DNA from: Candidatus Sumerlaeaceae bacterium
GTDB lineage: Bacteria > Sumerlaeota > Sumerlaeia > Sumerlaeales > Sumerlaeaceae
Length of the DNA stretch: 64,000 nucleotides
Direction: 5' to 3'
Assembly (NCBI GenBank): GCA_051003195.1
Contig: JBPCLP010000009.1
Location: forward strand, 1 to 64,000
Part shown: positions 1 through 9,830 of the stretch, one piece after another
Layout of the letters: each line of letters opens with the position of its first letter
How positions within the stretch are numbered: the stretch's first letter is position 1
Made by a program: the position numbers and the translations under genes
The notes under the pieces: model-generated
Seen by the model: the letters and a program-made list of their open reading frames with translations, nothing else
Database searches by the model: none
What the model was told of the DNA's origin: nothing

Positions 1-130
1 CGCACTTGTACGTAGGGTGCGTGGAACATTTCGAGCGTGGGTGTGGACATATACGAGTAGTCGTCGGTGGGGGGTGCAGGGGGGTGCTCCTCGGTCTGTG
101 GATTGTGGAAAAGTTGTTTCAAAAACACAG

Positions 131-329
131 TTTACCTTCTTCTTTGGCCAGGAGAGGTAAAGGGGCGAGAGTGGTTATCCCGAACATTCCGCACTTAGGC
201 GGCATAGCCAGCCTGTTTTGGAGACCGGACCACTCTCGCCGACGTGCTCCACAAAAAGACCGCACGCCATCCAGAGCCAGCGGCAAAACCGCAGTGAGCT
301 CGAGTAGGCAAGTGAGGCTCCGTGGGCAC
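131..329 (+). ncRNA. putative IS110 bridge RNA (5' hairpin, target-binding loop, donor-binding loop)
   Basis: Hairpin TTTACCT/AGGTAAA (131-160). Perfect 12-bp stem GGCGAGAGTGGT(164-175)/ACCACTCTCGCC(229-240). Stem GTGCTCCAC(244-252)/GTGGGCAC(322-329). Loop segments match both element junctions. Exact RNA ends unknown. Confidence 0.75.
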
Positions 330-369
330 AGATTTTTAAAAACACCTGTGTGTGGAAAGGATTCGTCAG

Positions 370-1488
370 ATGGAGTTAGCTTTTGAGTCATTGGATGTGG
401 AGGCGCCTAAGCTGAGCTGTTATTTTGGTGTCGATGTCGCCAGCCAGACGCATTACGTTGCGCTGAGGCGAAGTGATGAGGGGCCGCTGCGCGATGGCGA
501 GCTGCGAAAGATCAAAACCAGCGCATTTGCGCATACGCGCCAAGGCGCGCAGCAAATGCTGGATTGGATGAAGGCCAGGCTGCCCGAGGGCGCGGGCATG
601 TGTGTCGTGATGGAGGCGACGGGCAATTACTCGGTGCAGCTTAGCTTGTGGCTGCGCGAGCTTTGCCCGACGTTGAAGCTTGTCGTGATGGATCCGCGGC
701 GCATTAAAAAGTATATGGAGGGCTTGGGCCTACGCAATAAAACCGACAAGGTCGATGCTCGCGCGATCGCGTGCTTTGGGGCCGAGCGCCAGCCGGTCGG
801 CGATGAGCCGGTCGAGCAGATCTACCGCGATTTGCGTGCAGTGGCCCGCGCGCGCCTTGCCGTGCTCACCCACATCGTGGCCTTGCGCAATCAACTGACG
901 AGCTTGTGCAGTGATGATATGAGCCAGGCGGTGGGGCGCATGATCAACAAGACGTTTCAAAGCTCCATTGCACAACTCGAAAAACAACAGCAAAAGCTTG
1001 AGCAGCAGCTCGAGCAACTTGTCGCCTCGGACGAGCGGCTGGCTGCTGATGTCGCGCTGCTCGACAGCGTTGCCGGCGTTGGGCGCCTTACCGCTATTAC
1101 TGTCCTTGGCGAGTTCGGCGACTTGCGACGCTTTCGCTCGGCGCGCCAGCTGACAGCTTTTGCAGGGCTTAACCCCGAGATCAAAAAATCGGGCAAGTGG
1201 ATAGGCCAAAGCCATCTGAGCAAACGTGGAACCACCTACGGCCGACGCGCACTGTACATGGGCGCCACCAGCACGATTAAGTCTCAGTCGCAGTTTAGCC
1301 GGTTTTATCACCGCCTGGTCGAAAGCTCTCACAAACACAAACGAGCCGCCTTGGCCGCCGTCATGCGAAAGATGCTAATAACCATGCGTGCCGTCGTCAT
1401 CAGCGGCAAGGGCTTTGACCCAAACCACACACCGAAAACTGTGGAAAAAGGCTGTGGGAAAAATCGCGACTATGCACTGGCTGCATAG
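370..1488 (+). CDS. IS110-family DEDD transposase/recombinase
   Basis: GVDVAS, MEATG and NKTDKVDA (DEDD RuvC-like); GVGRLTA, FAGLNP, SG and LSKRG motifs of the C-terminal Tnp domain. GGAAAGGA RBS before ATG 370 (ORF open from 352). Confidence 0.96.
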   Translation: MELAFESLDVEAPKLSCYFGVDVASQTHYVALRRSDEGPLRDGELRKIKTSAFAHTRQGAQQMLDWMKARLPEGAGMCVVMEATGNYSVQLSLWLRELCPTLKLVVMDPRRIKKYMEGLGLRNKTDKVDARAIACFGAERQPVGDEPVEQIYRDLRAVARARLAVLTHIVALRNQLTSLCSDDMSQAVGRMINKTFQSSIAQLEKQQQKLEQQLEQLVASDERLAADVALLDSVAGVGRLTAITVLGEFGDLRRFRSARQLTAFAGLNPEIKKSGKWIGQSHLSKRGTTYGRRALYMGATSTIKSQSQFSRFYHRLVESSHKHKRAALAAVMRKMLITMRAVVISGKGFDPNHTPKTVEKGCGKNRDYALAA

Positions 1489-1721
1489 CATGCCACGCTC
1501 GAATAAAAAACCACGCCATCTCCAAAAGCGCGGCGCGCTAGGGTCTCTCTGAATCTATCGAGCGAACTAGAACTCATTGAAAACGTTCGCCCGGTCTATT
1601 TTACGGGAGAAACTTGATTTAACGTAAGTATGGCGAAAAGTAAGTTAAGCGGAGGTGATCGGGGTTGCATGTGGATTGCTGACATTGCGCGGTGGCGCAT
1701 TCCCATTTGGAGGCTCTCGTC

Positions 1722-4700
1722 GTGATTTGCTCCGCACGTGTGGTTTGCCTGGCCCTGCTTGTTGCAGGAAACATTATTCCCGGGGCGCGCGCAGCCGCAC
1801 AGGATCGGCCGTCGACGACGGACACGTGCCTGCTTTTCGCGGCAAAGAATGTATCGAAGGGGGGCGGAAACTTTTTTCTGCACGCGTCGTTCACGATGCG
1901 GAATGTGACATTCACGGCGGGAGATGTACTGGAGTACGATATGTTCATCGACCCGGCAAACCCGGAGCCGACGGGCAGCCTCGATGCGCAGTTTCACCCG
2001 ACGACGATAAATCCATGGGATCCGGCGGGTAAACGCTACCTGAGCAACTTCGTGGAGACCACGGGGGGGCTATCGGCGGCGGTCGGCAAATGGCATCACT
2101 TCAAGATTCCTCTCGATGAAGTGTCGAGCCGTACAAGCTCGCGCTGGAACCTGGTGATGGAAGGGCGTGCCGAGGGGCAGTACGCCGTGTTTGTGGACAA
2201 CGTCCATATCACAGGTGGGACGGGTATCCAGACGACGCTTTACGCGAACGGCAACGCGACGGACCCCGCGCTGGATAAGCGCGAAGGTTACAGCCAGTAC
2301 TTCGCGTTAGTACCGGTCTCGCGCGACCGTGTGGTGGACGGGCAAGACGTGCGCAGCGTGGTGAAGGAGGGAATTGAACGAGGCAACCTGCGGCGCGAAG
2401 CATCGACGCTGCGGCGGGAGTTCCTGGCGCTTGGCGTAAACAATAAACCGCTGCCGCAGGATTCGGCGGAGACGAGCCCGACGCTGGCGGAACTGAACGA
2501 ACTGGCGACCACGGAATCGGAAAACCTGGACGCTGAACATTTCCAGCAGGTGATCCACCGTGCGCGCGGGATGCTGAGTCACATGCACCCAAACATGCGC
2601 CAGTACACGGGTCACCTGATTGGTCACGCGCATATCGATTTCCAGTGGCTGTGGCCGTGGACGGAGACGCTGCAGGTGTGCCATGATACATTCCTGCAGA
2701 TGGCGAAGTTCATGGACGAGTACCCGGGATTCACGTTCAACCAGTCGTCGCCGGCGCTGTACAGCGCGACAGAAGAAAAGTTTCCGGAGGTGTTCGCGCG
2801 CATACAGAAGCATGTGGCGGGAGGGCAGTGGGAGATCGCAGGAGGGCGGTGGTGCGAGGGCGATGAGAATATGATTTCGCCGGAGAGCCATGCGCGCCAG
2901 TTCCTGTATGGGCAGCGGTACTTCCGGGAGAAGTTTAACGGCAGGATGACGGATGTCGGCTGGGAGCCGGATACATTCGGGCACGTGTGGACGATGCCGC
3001 AGATACTTAAGCTGGGCGGCTGTAAGTACTACTATTTCTGCCGTGCGGGATATGGCAAGCCGTTGTTCTGGTGGCAGGGCCCGGACGGGACAAAGGTGCT
3101 GGCATTCGAGGAGCCAATGTATGGCACGTGGTACAATGCAGACCTGGGACCGCTGCAATTTGAGGAGAGCCTGAGGTTTGGGAAGGACACCGGCGCGCAG
3201 GATATGCTTTGGGTGTTTGGCGTGGGCAATCACGGCGGCGGCGCGACCCGCGAACACATCGACACCGCGCTGGAATGGAACAAGAAGCCCTATGCGCCGA
3301 CGTCGAAGTTTTCGACTGCGGCCCAGTTTTTTCATTCGCTGGAGAAGTACGACCTCTCAAAACTCCCGACTGTCGCGACCGACCTGAACACAACAAAGGA
3401 ATCGGGTTTTGTGGGTGTGTATACGAGTCACAGTGACATCAAGAAATGGAACCGCGATTCGGAGGCGATGACGGAGAGTGCGGAAGCGATTGCAGCCTTT
3501 GCGGCGCGGCACGGATTTGAGTACCCGACAAAGGAATTCCGGCGCAACTGGGAGGACATCTGCTGGAACCACCATCACGATACATTACCCGGCACATCGA
3601 TCCACAGCAGTTACGATTACAGCGAAACCATGTACAAGCGGCTGCAGGAATCGAGCCGTTCCATCGGTGAGAAGGCGCTGGCGCACCTTGCTGCCCGGGT
3701 GGCGGGCGAGGGGACCGGAGTGGTGGTGTTCAACCCGGTGGGCTGGAAGCGCAACGCAGTGGTGGAGGTGAATGTGCCTGAGGGTGCGTCGCCGGATAAA
3801 ATGATGGCGCTGGCGAACGGCTCGCACGAAAAAGGCGTATCGCTGCAGGAGATCCCGCACAAGCGCGGGACGGCTGTGTTCGTGGCGAAGGAGCTGCCGG
3901 CGTTCGGTTACGCGCGCTTCAAGGTGCAGGCGAAAGTCGGTGGCTCGCAAGAACTGAAGGGCGGGCTGCAGGTGTCGGCGGACGGTACGCTGATCGAGAA
4001 TTCGCGTTATCGTATGGCACTTGATAAAAGCAGTGGCCAGGTGACCAGCCTCGTGGATAAAAAGAGCGGCTACGAGGCAATTGCGCCGGGCGGGCGCGGC
4101 AACCGGCTGGAGGTGCACAAAGAGGCACCGAATGGGATGAGCGCGTGGAGCATTGGCGAGCCGAAAGGGCGGCAATCACTGAACGGCCCGGTCGAGCTGA
4201 AGGTGACGGAGAGCGGGCCTGTGCGCGTGACGGTGCAATTCAGCCAGCGTTACGGCACGTCGGATCTTGTGCAGAGTGTTTCGCTGACAGAAGAGGGCGC
4301 GCCGGAATTTTCGTTGCACACGCACTGGAAGGAACTGGGCAGCAATGATAAGCCCAGCCCATTCCTGAAAGTGGCTTTCGACCTCAACCTGACGAGCCCC
4401 ACATTGACGTATGACATTCCGTTTGGTAACATCACGCGCGACCGTGACGGCGCGGAGCAGCCGGCGCTAAAGTGGGTGGACGCTTCGGACACGACGTGCG
4501 GATCGGCACTGCTGAACGACTGCAAACACGGTCACTCCATGAAGTGGAACGTGCTGCGGTTGTCGTTGATTCGCAGTAACTATTACCCGGATGCCGCGCC
4601 GAATAAACGCCCCCAGTCTGCGCGCTGGAGCCTGGTGCCGCACATGGGAAACTGGCGCGAAGCGGGGGTGCTGCAAACGGCGACCGAGTTTAACAAGCCG

Positions 4701-5006
4701 GTGTGGGTGACGACGGCGACTGCGGCGGCGAAATCCGAAAGCACGCTGCCATCGGCCGCATCACTGGTGTCTGTGAACGAAGAGAATGTCGTTATCACCG
4801 GCGTGAAAAAGGCAGAGGATGACAAGGACCTGATTGTGCGCTATTATGAAGCGTACGGCAAAAAGGCGGACGGTAAACTGCAGTTGAATGGAACAGCGAA
4901 AGCCGCGAAGCGCGTGAACTTTATCGAGGATGATATTACCACGGAAGGTATGCCGGACGCGCCGCTGCGACCCTATGAGATTCGAAACGTGAAGCTGGCG
5001 ATGTAG
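1722..5006 (+). CDS. GH38 alpha-mannosidase-like glycoside hydrolase, secreted, with extra N-terminal domain
   Basis: GHAHIDFQWLW, WEPDTFGH, GVGNHGGG, HHDTLPGTS and LLNDCKHG motifs. GGAGG before GTG 1722 (ORF open from 1692). Confidence 0.9.
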   Translation: MICSARVVCLALLVAGNIIPGARAAAQDRPSTTDTCLLFAAKNVSKGGGNFFLHASFTMRNVTFTAGDVLEYDMFIDPANPEPTGSLDAQFHPTTINPWDPAGKRYLSNFVETTGGLSAAVGKWHHFKIPLDEVSSRTSSRWNLVMEGRAEGQYAVFVDNVHITGGTGIQTTLYANGNATDPALDKREGYSQYFALVPVSRDRVVDGQDVRSVVKEGIERGNLRREASTLRREFLALGVNNKPLPQDSAETSPTLAELNELATTESENLDAEHFQQVIHRARGMLSHMHPNMRQYTGHLIGHAHIDFQWLWPWTETLQVCHDTFLQMAKFMDEYPGFTFNQSSPALYSATEEKFPEVFARIQKHVAGGQWEIAGGRWCEGDENMISPESHARQFLYGQRYFREKFNGRMTDVGWEPDTFGHVWTMPQILKLGGCKYYYFCRAGYGKPLFWWQGPDGTKVLAFEEPMYGTWYNADLGPLQFEESLRFGKDTGAQDMLWVFGVGNHGGGATREHIDTALEWNKKPYAPTSKFSTAAQFFHSLEKYDLSKLPTVATDLNTTKESGFVGVYTSHSDIKKWNRDSEAMTESAEAIAAFAARHGFEYPTKEFRRNWEDICWNHHHDTLPGTSIHSSYDYSETMYKRLQESSRSIGEKALAHLAARVAGEGTGVVVFNPVGWKRNAVVEVNVPEGASPDKMMALANGSHEKGVSLQEIPHKRGTAVFVAKELPAFGYARFKVQAKVGGSQELKGGLQVSADGTLIENSRYRMALDKSSGQVTSLVDKKSGYEAIAPGGRGNRLEVHKEAPNGMSAWSIGEPKGRQSLNGPVELKVTESGPVRVTVQFSQRYGTSDLVQSVSLTEEGAPEFSLHTHWKELGSNDKPSPFLKVAFDLNLTSPTLTYDIPFGNITRDRDGAEQPALKWVDASDTTCGSALLNDCKHGHSMKWNVLRLSLIRSNYYPDAAPNKRPQSARWSLVPHMGNWREAGVLQTATEFNKPVWVTTATAAAKSESTLPSAASLVSVNEENVVITGVKKAEDDKDLIVRYYEAYGKKADGKLQLNGTAKAAKRVNFIEDDITTEGMPDAPLRPYEIRNVKLAM

Positions 5007-5041
5007 CGCGTACCGGGCCAGGCCAGGCCAGGGAGCCCGAC

Positions 5042-6235
5042 CTACCGCTTAAAGGCGCGTTTTACCTCTTCCAGGTAGGCATTGCCAAATTCCGCGGTTG
5101 GGAGAAGTGCGCTGCCTTCTGTCCATTCGTTCCATGCATTGAGAAGAACCATGGGCGCGGGATGTTTTTCAAGGTGCTGGCGTGCGAGTTGGCAGAGGCG
5201 GCCGAAGGCTTCAGGATTTGTTCCCTGCACGAGTGTGCCATACGGGTATTCGGAATGAGCTGGCGGCCAGGGCGTGTCTTTGTGCCAGCGGGGGCTTGGG
5301 TCCCAGCCGACGGTGGCGACCGGACAGTACGGGAGAGTGCCGGTTGTCAGGAAGTCCCAGAATTTCGGGTGGTTTTCGACAAGATCGTCGTAGGAGTCGA
5401 GCGGCTTTTCGGGGAGTTTAGCTTTTCCGCTGCCGGTGACGTTGTAGGAGGTGAAGCTGTTAAAGCCGGCGCGGGTGAGTGATTCAATGGCGCTTTCCTG
5501 CCAGATGAAGGCGCCAAGATGCATCTCGCCGATTCCCTGTTCGCGCAGATACTCGCGGGCTTCGTCGATTGCGGTGCGGGCTTTGTCGACTCCGCCGAGT
5601 TGTTTTACAAAAACATCGGGCTGAAAGAAGGAGAAGTACACGGCTCCCTTAACGCGCCAGTAGTTGGGCTGGTTGAAGTGTGTCTGGGCGCAGTAGCGGA
5701 TTGCGCGCTGGAAATCGGCAACGGAGTGGCGGATTGGCAGGAGCATCTGCTGCGACCCGGTGGTGGGAGCAGGGAAGACATTCTTCCAGTCGTGATTGGC
5801 CCACATGAGTGCATATTTCATGCGGTTGCGGTTGGAAGCCTTGAGAAAGCCGTCGGTCAGTGCGCCTTCGATAAAGCGGACGCCGGAATACCAGTACCAG
5901 TCAAAGATGAAGACGTCGATTCCGTGATCGGCGGCGAGGTCAACCTGGCGAGCCATGTGTGCGGGGTCGGCCTCATTGAACGGTTTGCTGTCCGGCTTGA
6001 GGAATGTCTGGCCGGGATAGCGTTGCGGGGCGTTCATCAGAAGCTGCCATTCGTTCCAACCCTCGCCGAACCAGGCGCTGTAGTGGTCGTCGGGGTGCCA
6101 GCTCGGGAAATAGATGGTGGCGACGTCGAAAGCGCGGGTGCTCGTTGTGGACTTAGCGGCGGCGGGTTCAACTGCTATGGAACTGACGGTGATTGTGCCG
6201 ATCCAAAGGAGGATCAGGAGACTTGAGTAACGCAT
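5042..6235 (-). CDS. GH99-like / WbsX-family glycoside hydrolase domain protein, secreted
   Basis: Signal peptide; YFPSWH, DWYWY, MWANHDW, GWDPSPR and NAWNEWTEG motifs. Confidence 0.85.
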   Translation of the reverse strand: MRYSSLLILLWIGTITVSSIAVEPAAAKSTTSTRAFDVATIYFPSWHPDDHYSAWFGEGWNEWQLLMNAPQRYPGQTFLKPDSKPFNEADPAHMARQVDLAADHGIDVFIFDWYWYSGVRFIEGALTDGFLKASNRNRMKYALMWANHDWKNVFPAPTTGSQQMLLPIRHSVADFQRAIRYCAQTHFNQPNYWRVKGAVYFSFFQPDVFVKQLGGVDKARTAIDEAREYLREQGIGEMHLGAFIWQESAIESLTRAGFNSFTSYNVTGSGKAKLPEKPLDSYDDLVENHPKFWDFLTTGTLPYCPVATVGWDPSPRWHKDTPWPPAHSEYPYGTLVQGTNPEAFGRLCQLARQHLEKHPAPMVLLNAWNEWTEGSALLPTAEFGNAYLEEVKRAFKR

Positions 6236-6258
6236 CTGCGCTCGCAATCTATGGCCAA

Positions 6259-8193
6259 ATGTTCAATGCACGCAACCAAGTTTTCCGCGCAGTTGTCGGG
6301 CTCAACATATTCCTGATCGCGGTGATTGGAGCGCACGGGGCAGTATCGCGTGATAAGATCAGCCGTGAGCGGATTGAGGCGATCGCCGGCATGCTGCCGG
6401 TCGAACCGCGCGGACCGGGCGAACCGATCGGGCAGCGGAAGTTCTGGGCATCGATTGCAGGAGACAGCGACAAGGCAGCGCAGATACGATCTGCGGAGAA
6501 AATTGCGGCCAGGCCGATTCAAGAGCAACCGGACGACTTGTACCTGGAGTATTCGCGAAACGGAAACCGGACTAACTGGCAGAACGTCGCGAAGTCGCGT
6601 CGAAGTCCGCTGGAGGACCTGGTGCTGGCGGAGTGCTTTGAAAACAAGGGCAGATTCCTGCGCGCGATCCAGGATCGGATCACCACGCTTTGTGCTGAGC
6701 GCACATGGGTTTTGCCCGCACACGATAAGGGCCTGACCAACTTTCGGGGCACGTCAATCACGATAGACCTGGGCTCGTCCGCACTCGCGTGGAACCTGGC
6801 AATGACCGACTACCTTGTGGGCGGCAGTCTTCCCGACGAGGTGCGGGCGGTACTTCGGGCCCGGCTGAAGGAGCGGATAGTGCAGCCGTACCTTGCGATG
6901 ATTCGCGGAGAGCGCGAGCGGGACTGGTGGATTACGGGAACGAACAACTGGAACGCGGTTTGTCATGCGGGAGTCGTGGGAACGGCATTGATCGAATGCG
7001 TGTCGCGCGAGGAACGTGCTGAAATCATCGCGGCTGCCGAGTATTACTCGAAAGATTTTCTATCTGGATTCACGCCGGATGGTTACTGCAGCGAGGGGCT
7101 GGGTTACTGGAATTACGGGTTTGGGCACTTTGCGCTGTTGTGTGAAACCGTGCGCGATGCGACAGCGGGAAAGATCGACTGGTTGGTTGAGATGCAGCAG
7201 GCGCGGCAGCCGGCGCAGTTTGGTTCGCGGATCGAGATTATCCATGGAGTCTCGCCGGCGTTTGCGGATTGCGCCGTTGATGCAAAGCCTTCGCCGCACG
7301 TGCAATGGCTGCTGAGCCGGCGACTGGGTGATGAAAGGGAGGCGCCGCCGCCTGCAATGCGGGGGTTCCTTCCGCAGGCGGTTTTGTACGCGATCGAGGC
7401 GACCAGGAAATCGAGCGCACACGATAAGCTGGAACGAGGGAATGACGAATCGCTGCGCACGTGGTTCGACAATGCGGGCGTGCTGATCTGCCGGCCTGCA
7501 ATTGCATCGAAAGCGGATTTTGCGGTGGCGCTTAAAGGCGGACACAATGCTGAGCATCACAATCACAACGATCTCGGCTCGTATGTGGTCGTAAGTGGGG
7601 GGAAGCCGGTGCTGCTGGATCCCGGCTCAGAAATTTACACCGCACGGACGTTCAGCTCGCGGCGTTATGACAGTAAGCTGCTGAATTCGTACGGGCATTC
7701 GGTGCCTGTGGTGGCGGGTCAGCTCCAGCGCACGGGGCCCAAAGCAGAAGCGAAAGTGCTCAGCACGGAGTTCACGACGGAAACGGACCGTCTTCGGATG
7801 GACATCAAGTCAGCATACGCAGTACCGGAGCTGCAGAAACTGGAGCGCGAGTTTACGTACTGGCGAAGCGGCGCGGGATCGCTGATTGTGCGCGATGACG
7901 TTCAATTATCCAGTCCGAAGTCATTTAGCACGGCGCTCGTTACACTGGGAAAAGTTACGCAGGTCGATGAAACCACGCTTCAGGTGGTGGACGGGGCAGC
8001 GTCGGTACATGTGGAGATTGATGCGGGATCGAACGAGTTCGATGTGGTGATGGAGGAAATCCGTGAGAATGCAAAAGTGAAGCCGACGCGAATCGGGATT
8101 AATCTGCGCGAGCCGGTTGCTGCAGGTACAATTACGCTGCGGATTACGCCGACTGGAAAGTCATCTTACTCGCGCGAAAACGTCAGCTGGTAG
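6259..8193 (+). CDS. heparinase II/III-family polysaccharide lyase-like protein
   Basis: NNWNAVC, EGLGYWNYG, KGGHNAEHHNHNDLGS and DPG..Y...TFS motifs; signal peptide. Confidence 0.85.
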   Translation: MFNARNQVFRAVVGLNIFLIAVIGAHGAVSRDKISRERIEAIAGMLPVEPRGPGEPIGQRKFWASIAGDSDKAAQIRSAEKIAARPIQEQPDDLYLEYSRNGNRTNWQNVAKSRRSPLEDLVLAECFENKGRFLRAIQDRITTLCAERTWVLPAHDKGLTNFRGTSITIDLGSSALAWNLAMTDYLVGGSLPDEVRAVLRARLKERIVQPYLAMIRGERERDWWITGTNNWNAVCHAGVVGTALIECVSREERAEIIAAAEYYSKDFLSGFTPDGYCSEGLGYWNYGFGHFALLCETVRDATAGKIDWLVEMQQARQPAQFGSRIEIIHGVSPAFADCAVDAKPSPHVQWLLSRRLGDEREAPPPAMRGFLPQAVLYAIEATRKSSAHDKLERGNDESLRTWFDNAGVLICRPAIASKADFAVALKGGHNAEHHNHNDLGSYVVVSGGKPVLLDPGSEIYTARTFSSRRYDSKLLNSYGHSVPVVAGQLQRTGPKAEAKVLSTEFTTETDRLRMDIKSAYAVPELQKLEREFTYWRSGAGSLIVRDDVQLSSPKSFSTALVTLGKVTQVDETTLQVVDGAASVHVEIDAGSNEFDVVMEEIRENAKVKPTRIGINLREPVAAGTITLRITPTGKSSYSRENVSW

Positions 8194-9488
8194 GATTTAC
8201 CGGGCCTCAGCACAGCCCGTGTCGAGCCGAGGCTGGTAATGCCATCTTCACCGGACAAACTCACGCTACACTCCATTACCCCTGAGCCGGTGGTTTTGAG
8301 CAACTGCCTGTGCGGGCCGTATGCGTGAGTGGGCGTAGAAGCAGTTCCGTTGTGTTCCACCTGCACACGTTTCTGCAGCCAACGGGCGAAGATACGGTTC
8401 TGGTCGAGGGACGGAACGGCGCCTGCTCCGTAGAGCACCCCGAGCAGACGCTGATCTGCCAGTTCGTTTTCGCCCGTGGTCACAAAGCCGATGGCCACAA
8501 TGTAATTATCGGCAGGGCCTATTGGTCGAAACATTTCGTGCATGGGGTTAAAGTGAAAGCCATCACTGGAGGTTGCGTACCACGTCCTCGCCTGGTTCAT
8601 GTGCAGGCCCATGAGGTATGTGGCCGTTCCGTTGGCGTCGATGAACCGCTTGATGTCATTCGGTGCGGCGCCTTTATCAAGAGCGACGCCATCCAATGAG
8701 TAGCTGGTGCCATTGTCGCTTGTCGCGCGGTAGACTTTCCCGAAGTTACGGAAATCCGCGAAGTACATGCGGTAAAGGCTGTTGTCCCGGAAGAGAACAT
8801 TCATGCCGTTGATGTCGGCGTCGTCGTAGGTGGCATAACCGCTGAGCGAAACGATGTTGCTGCGCGATGCTGGCAAGGGGGGCGGGTGGCTATTCCATAG
8901 TGTGCCGTCCGTGCTGGAGAAGAAGACCGGCTTATTGCGATCGCGCAGGTCAGGATAGCCGGTGCACAGCATGGCAGTCCCATGGTCTCCAAGTGCAACA
9001 GCGGAGACGTTGCACACGTGGTGGAATTCTCCATGCTCGATAATCGTGCGGCGCTCGTTGAAGTTCAGGAAGTCCGTCGTGCTGGTGTGGTAGATCCGGT
9101 CGTTGAACGTTGGCACGCCATCCCACGCGCCGTAATAAATATCCCAGTATCCGCGACGCGCTATGATAGAAGGAGCGTAGATGTTTCGCGCGGCACCGGG
9201 GCGTGGCTCGAGCAGCGGTGAGCGGACGTCGGGCAGCCAGTGGAGCGATCCTCGCGTCCATGCGCGGCGATCAAACGGGCCGGCAGCGACTCCGCGAAAT
9301 TCGATGCTGTCGCTGGTTGGCGCATCGCCCACGCAGGTGATGTGAAGAGGAAGCGGCGGGGCGGCGGCCAGTTGTATCGCACATGTGGTGAAACTGAGAA
9401 GGGCGGCAGGGACGAGGAGTGCTGATAATCGAGTCAGTTTCCACGCAGATGATGTGTAGCGAGTGTGGTATCGCATTAATTCTTTCAC
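8166..9488 (-). CDS. secreted hypothetical protein, probable beta-propeller glycosidase-like fold
   Basis: Signal peptide, NIYAPS motif and repeated S-x-D-G (Asp-box-like) motifs. Confidence 0.6.
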   Translation of the reverse strand: MKELMRYHTRYTSSAWKLTRLSALLVPAALLSFTTCAIQLAAAPPLPLHITCVGDAPTSDSIEFRGVAAGPFDRRAWTRGSLHWLPDVRSPLLEPRPGAARNIYAPSIIARRGYWDIYYGAWDGVPTFNDRIYHTSTTDFLNFNERRTIIEHGEFHHVCNVSAVALGDHGTAMLCTGYPDLRDRNKPVFFSSTDGTLWNSHPPPLPASRSNIVSLSGYATYDDADINGMNVLFRDNSLYRMYFADFRNFGKVYRATSDNGTSYSLDGVALDKGAAPNDIKRFIDANGTATYLMGLHMNQARTWYATSSDGFHFNPMHEMFRPIGPADNYIVAIGFVTTGENELADQRLLGVLYGAGAVPSLDQNRIFARWLQKRVQVEHNGTASTPTHAYGPHRQLLKTTGSGVMECSVSLSGEDGITSLGSTRAVLRPGKSYQLTFSRE

Positions 9489-9494
9489 TGGTTT

Positions 9495-9558
9495 TGTGTG
9501 CCCTCCGAGCTCAAAAGCTTACTGAAGTATATCATGAACTTCTGGGACGGCACACTAG
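9495..9558. repeat. conserved hairpin element ending in a CYAGTGTG-N10-AGTTC end (copy 1)
   Basis: TGTGTGCC...CGAGCTCAA...GAACT-N7-CGGCACACTAG; homologous to 50704-50769. Confidence 0.6.
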
Positions 9559-9572
9559 CAGTAAACCGTAGG

Positions 9573-9599
9573 GCGGAAGCATGGCTTCCGCAGTCCAAA
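9573..9599. repeat. REP-like palindrome
   Basis: GCGGAAGC-ATG-GCTTCCGC followed by AGTCCAAA. Confidence 0.55.
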
Positions 9600-9830
9600 T
9601 CAGCGGGTCTATCATTCAAAGGGAGCATTCCATTATGGCGTTTTGAAAGAGCGATGGGCTTAGTTTGCGGATATTGGAGGCCAGCATCTTCATACGTGTA
9701 CCAGGCGCGCAACGAAAACGAATGCAAGCGACGTCGACATTGGGTACGGCTTCGCATCCGTGAATTCGCAACTAAGGAAATGAACACCTGCGCCTGCGCA
9801 TGCTATTGTGAGTGGTTCATGGAGGAACCG

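Larger units (their letters stand above)
33..1520 (+). mobile_element. IS110-family insertion sequence (IS110 group, long left non-coding end)
   Basis: DEDD recombinase ORF. TC dinucleotide at both junctions (31-32, 1519-1520). Junction sequences match guide segments in the upstream structured non-coding region. Confidence 0.85.

Noticed and set aside
6..391. ORFs 6-386(+) and 119-391(-)
   Set aside because: They overlap the structured IS110 left end and show no recognisable protein features.
1610..1632. CTTGATTTAACGTAAGTAT as the IS110 right end
   Set aside because: Guide-to-junction matches place the end at 1519-1520. This AT-rich stretch is more likely host promoter sequence.
9498..9830. 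N-terminal extension of the S1/P1 nuclease ORF
   Set aside because: It runs through repeat elements. The RBS and signal peptide indicate a start at 9831.
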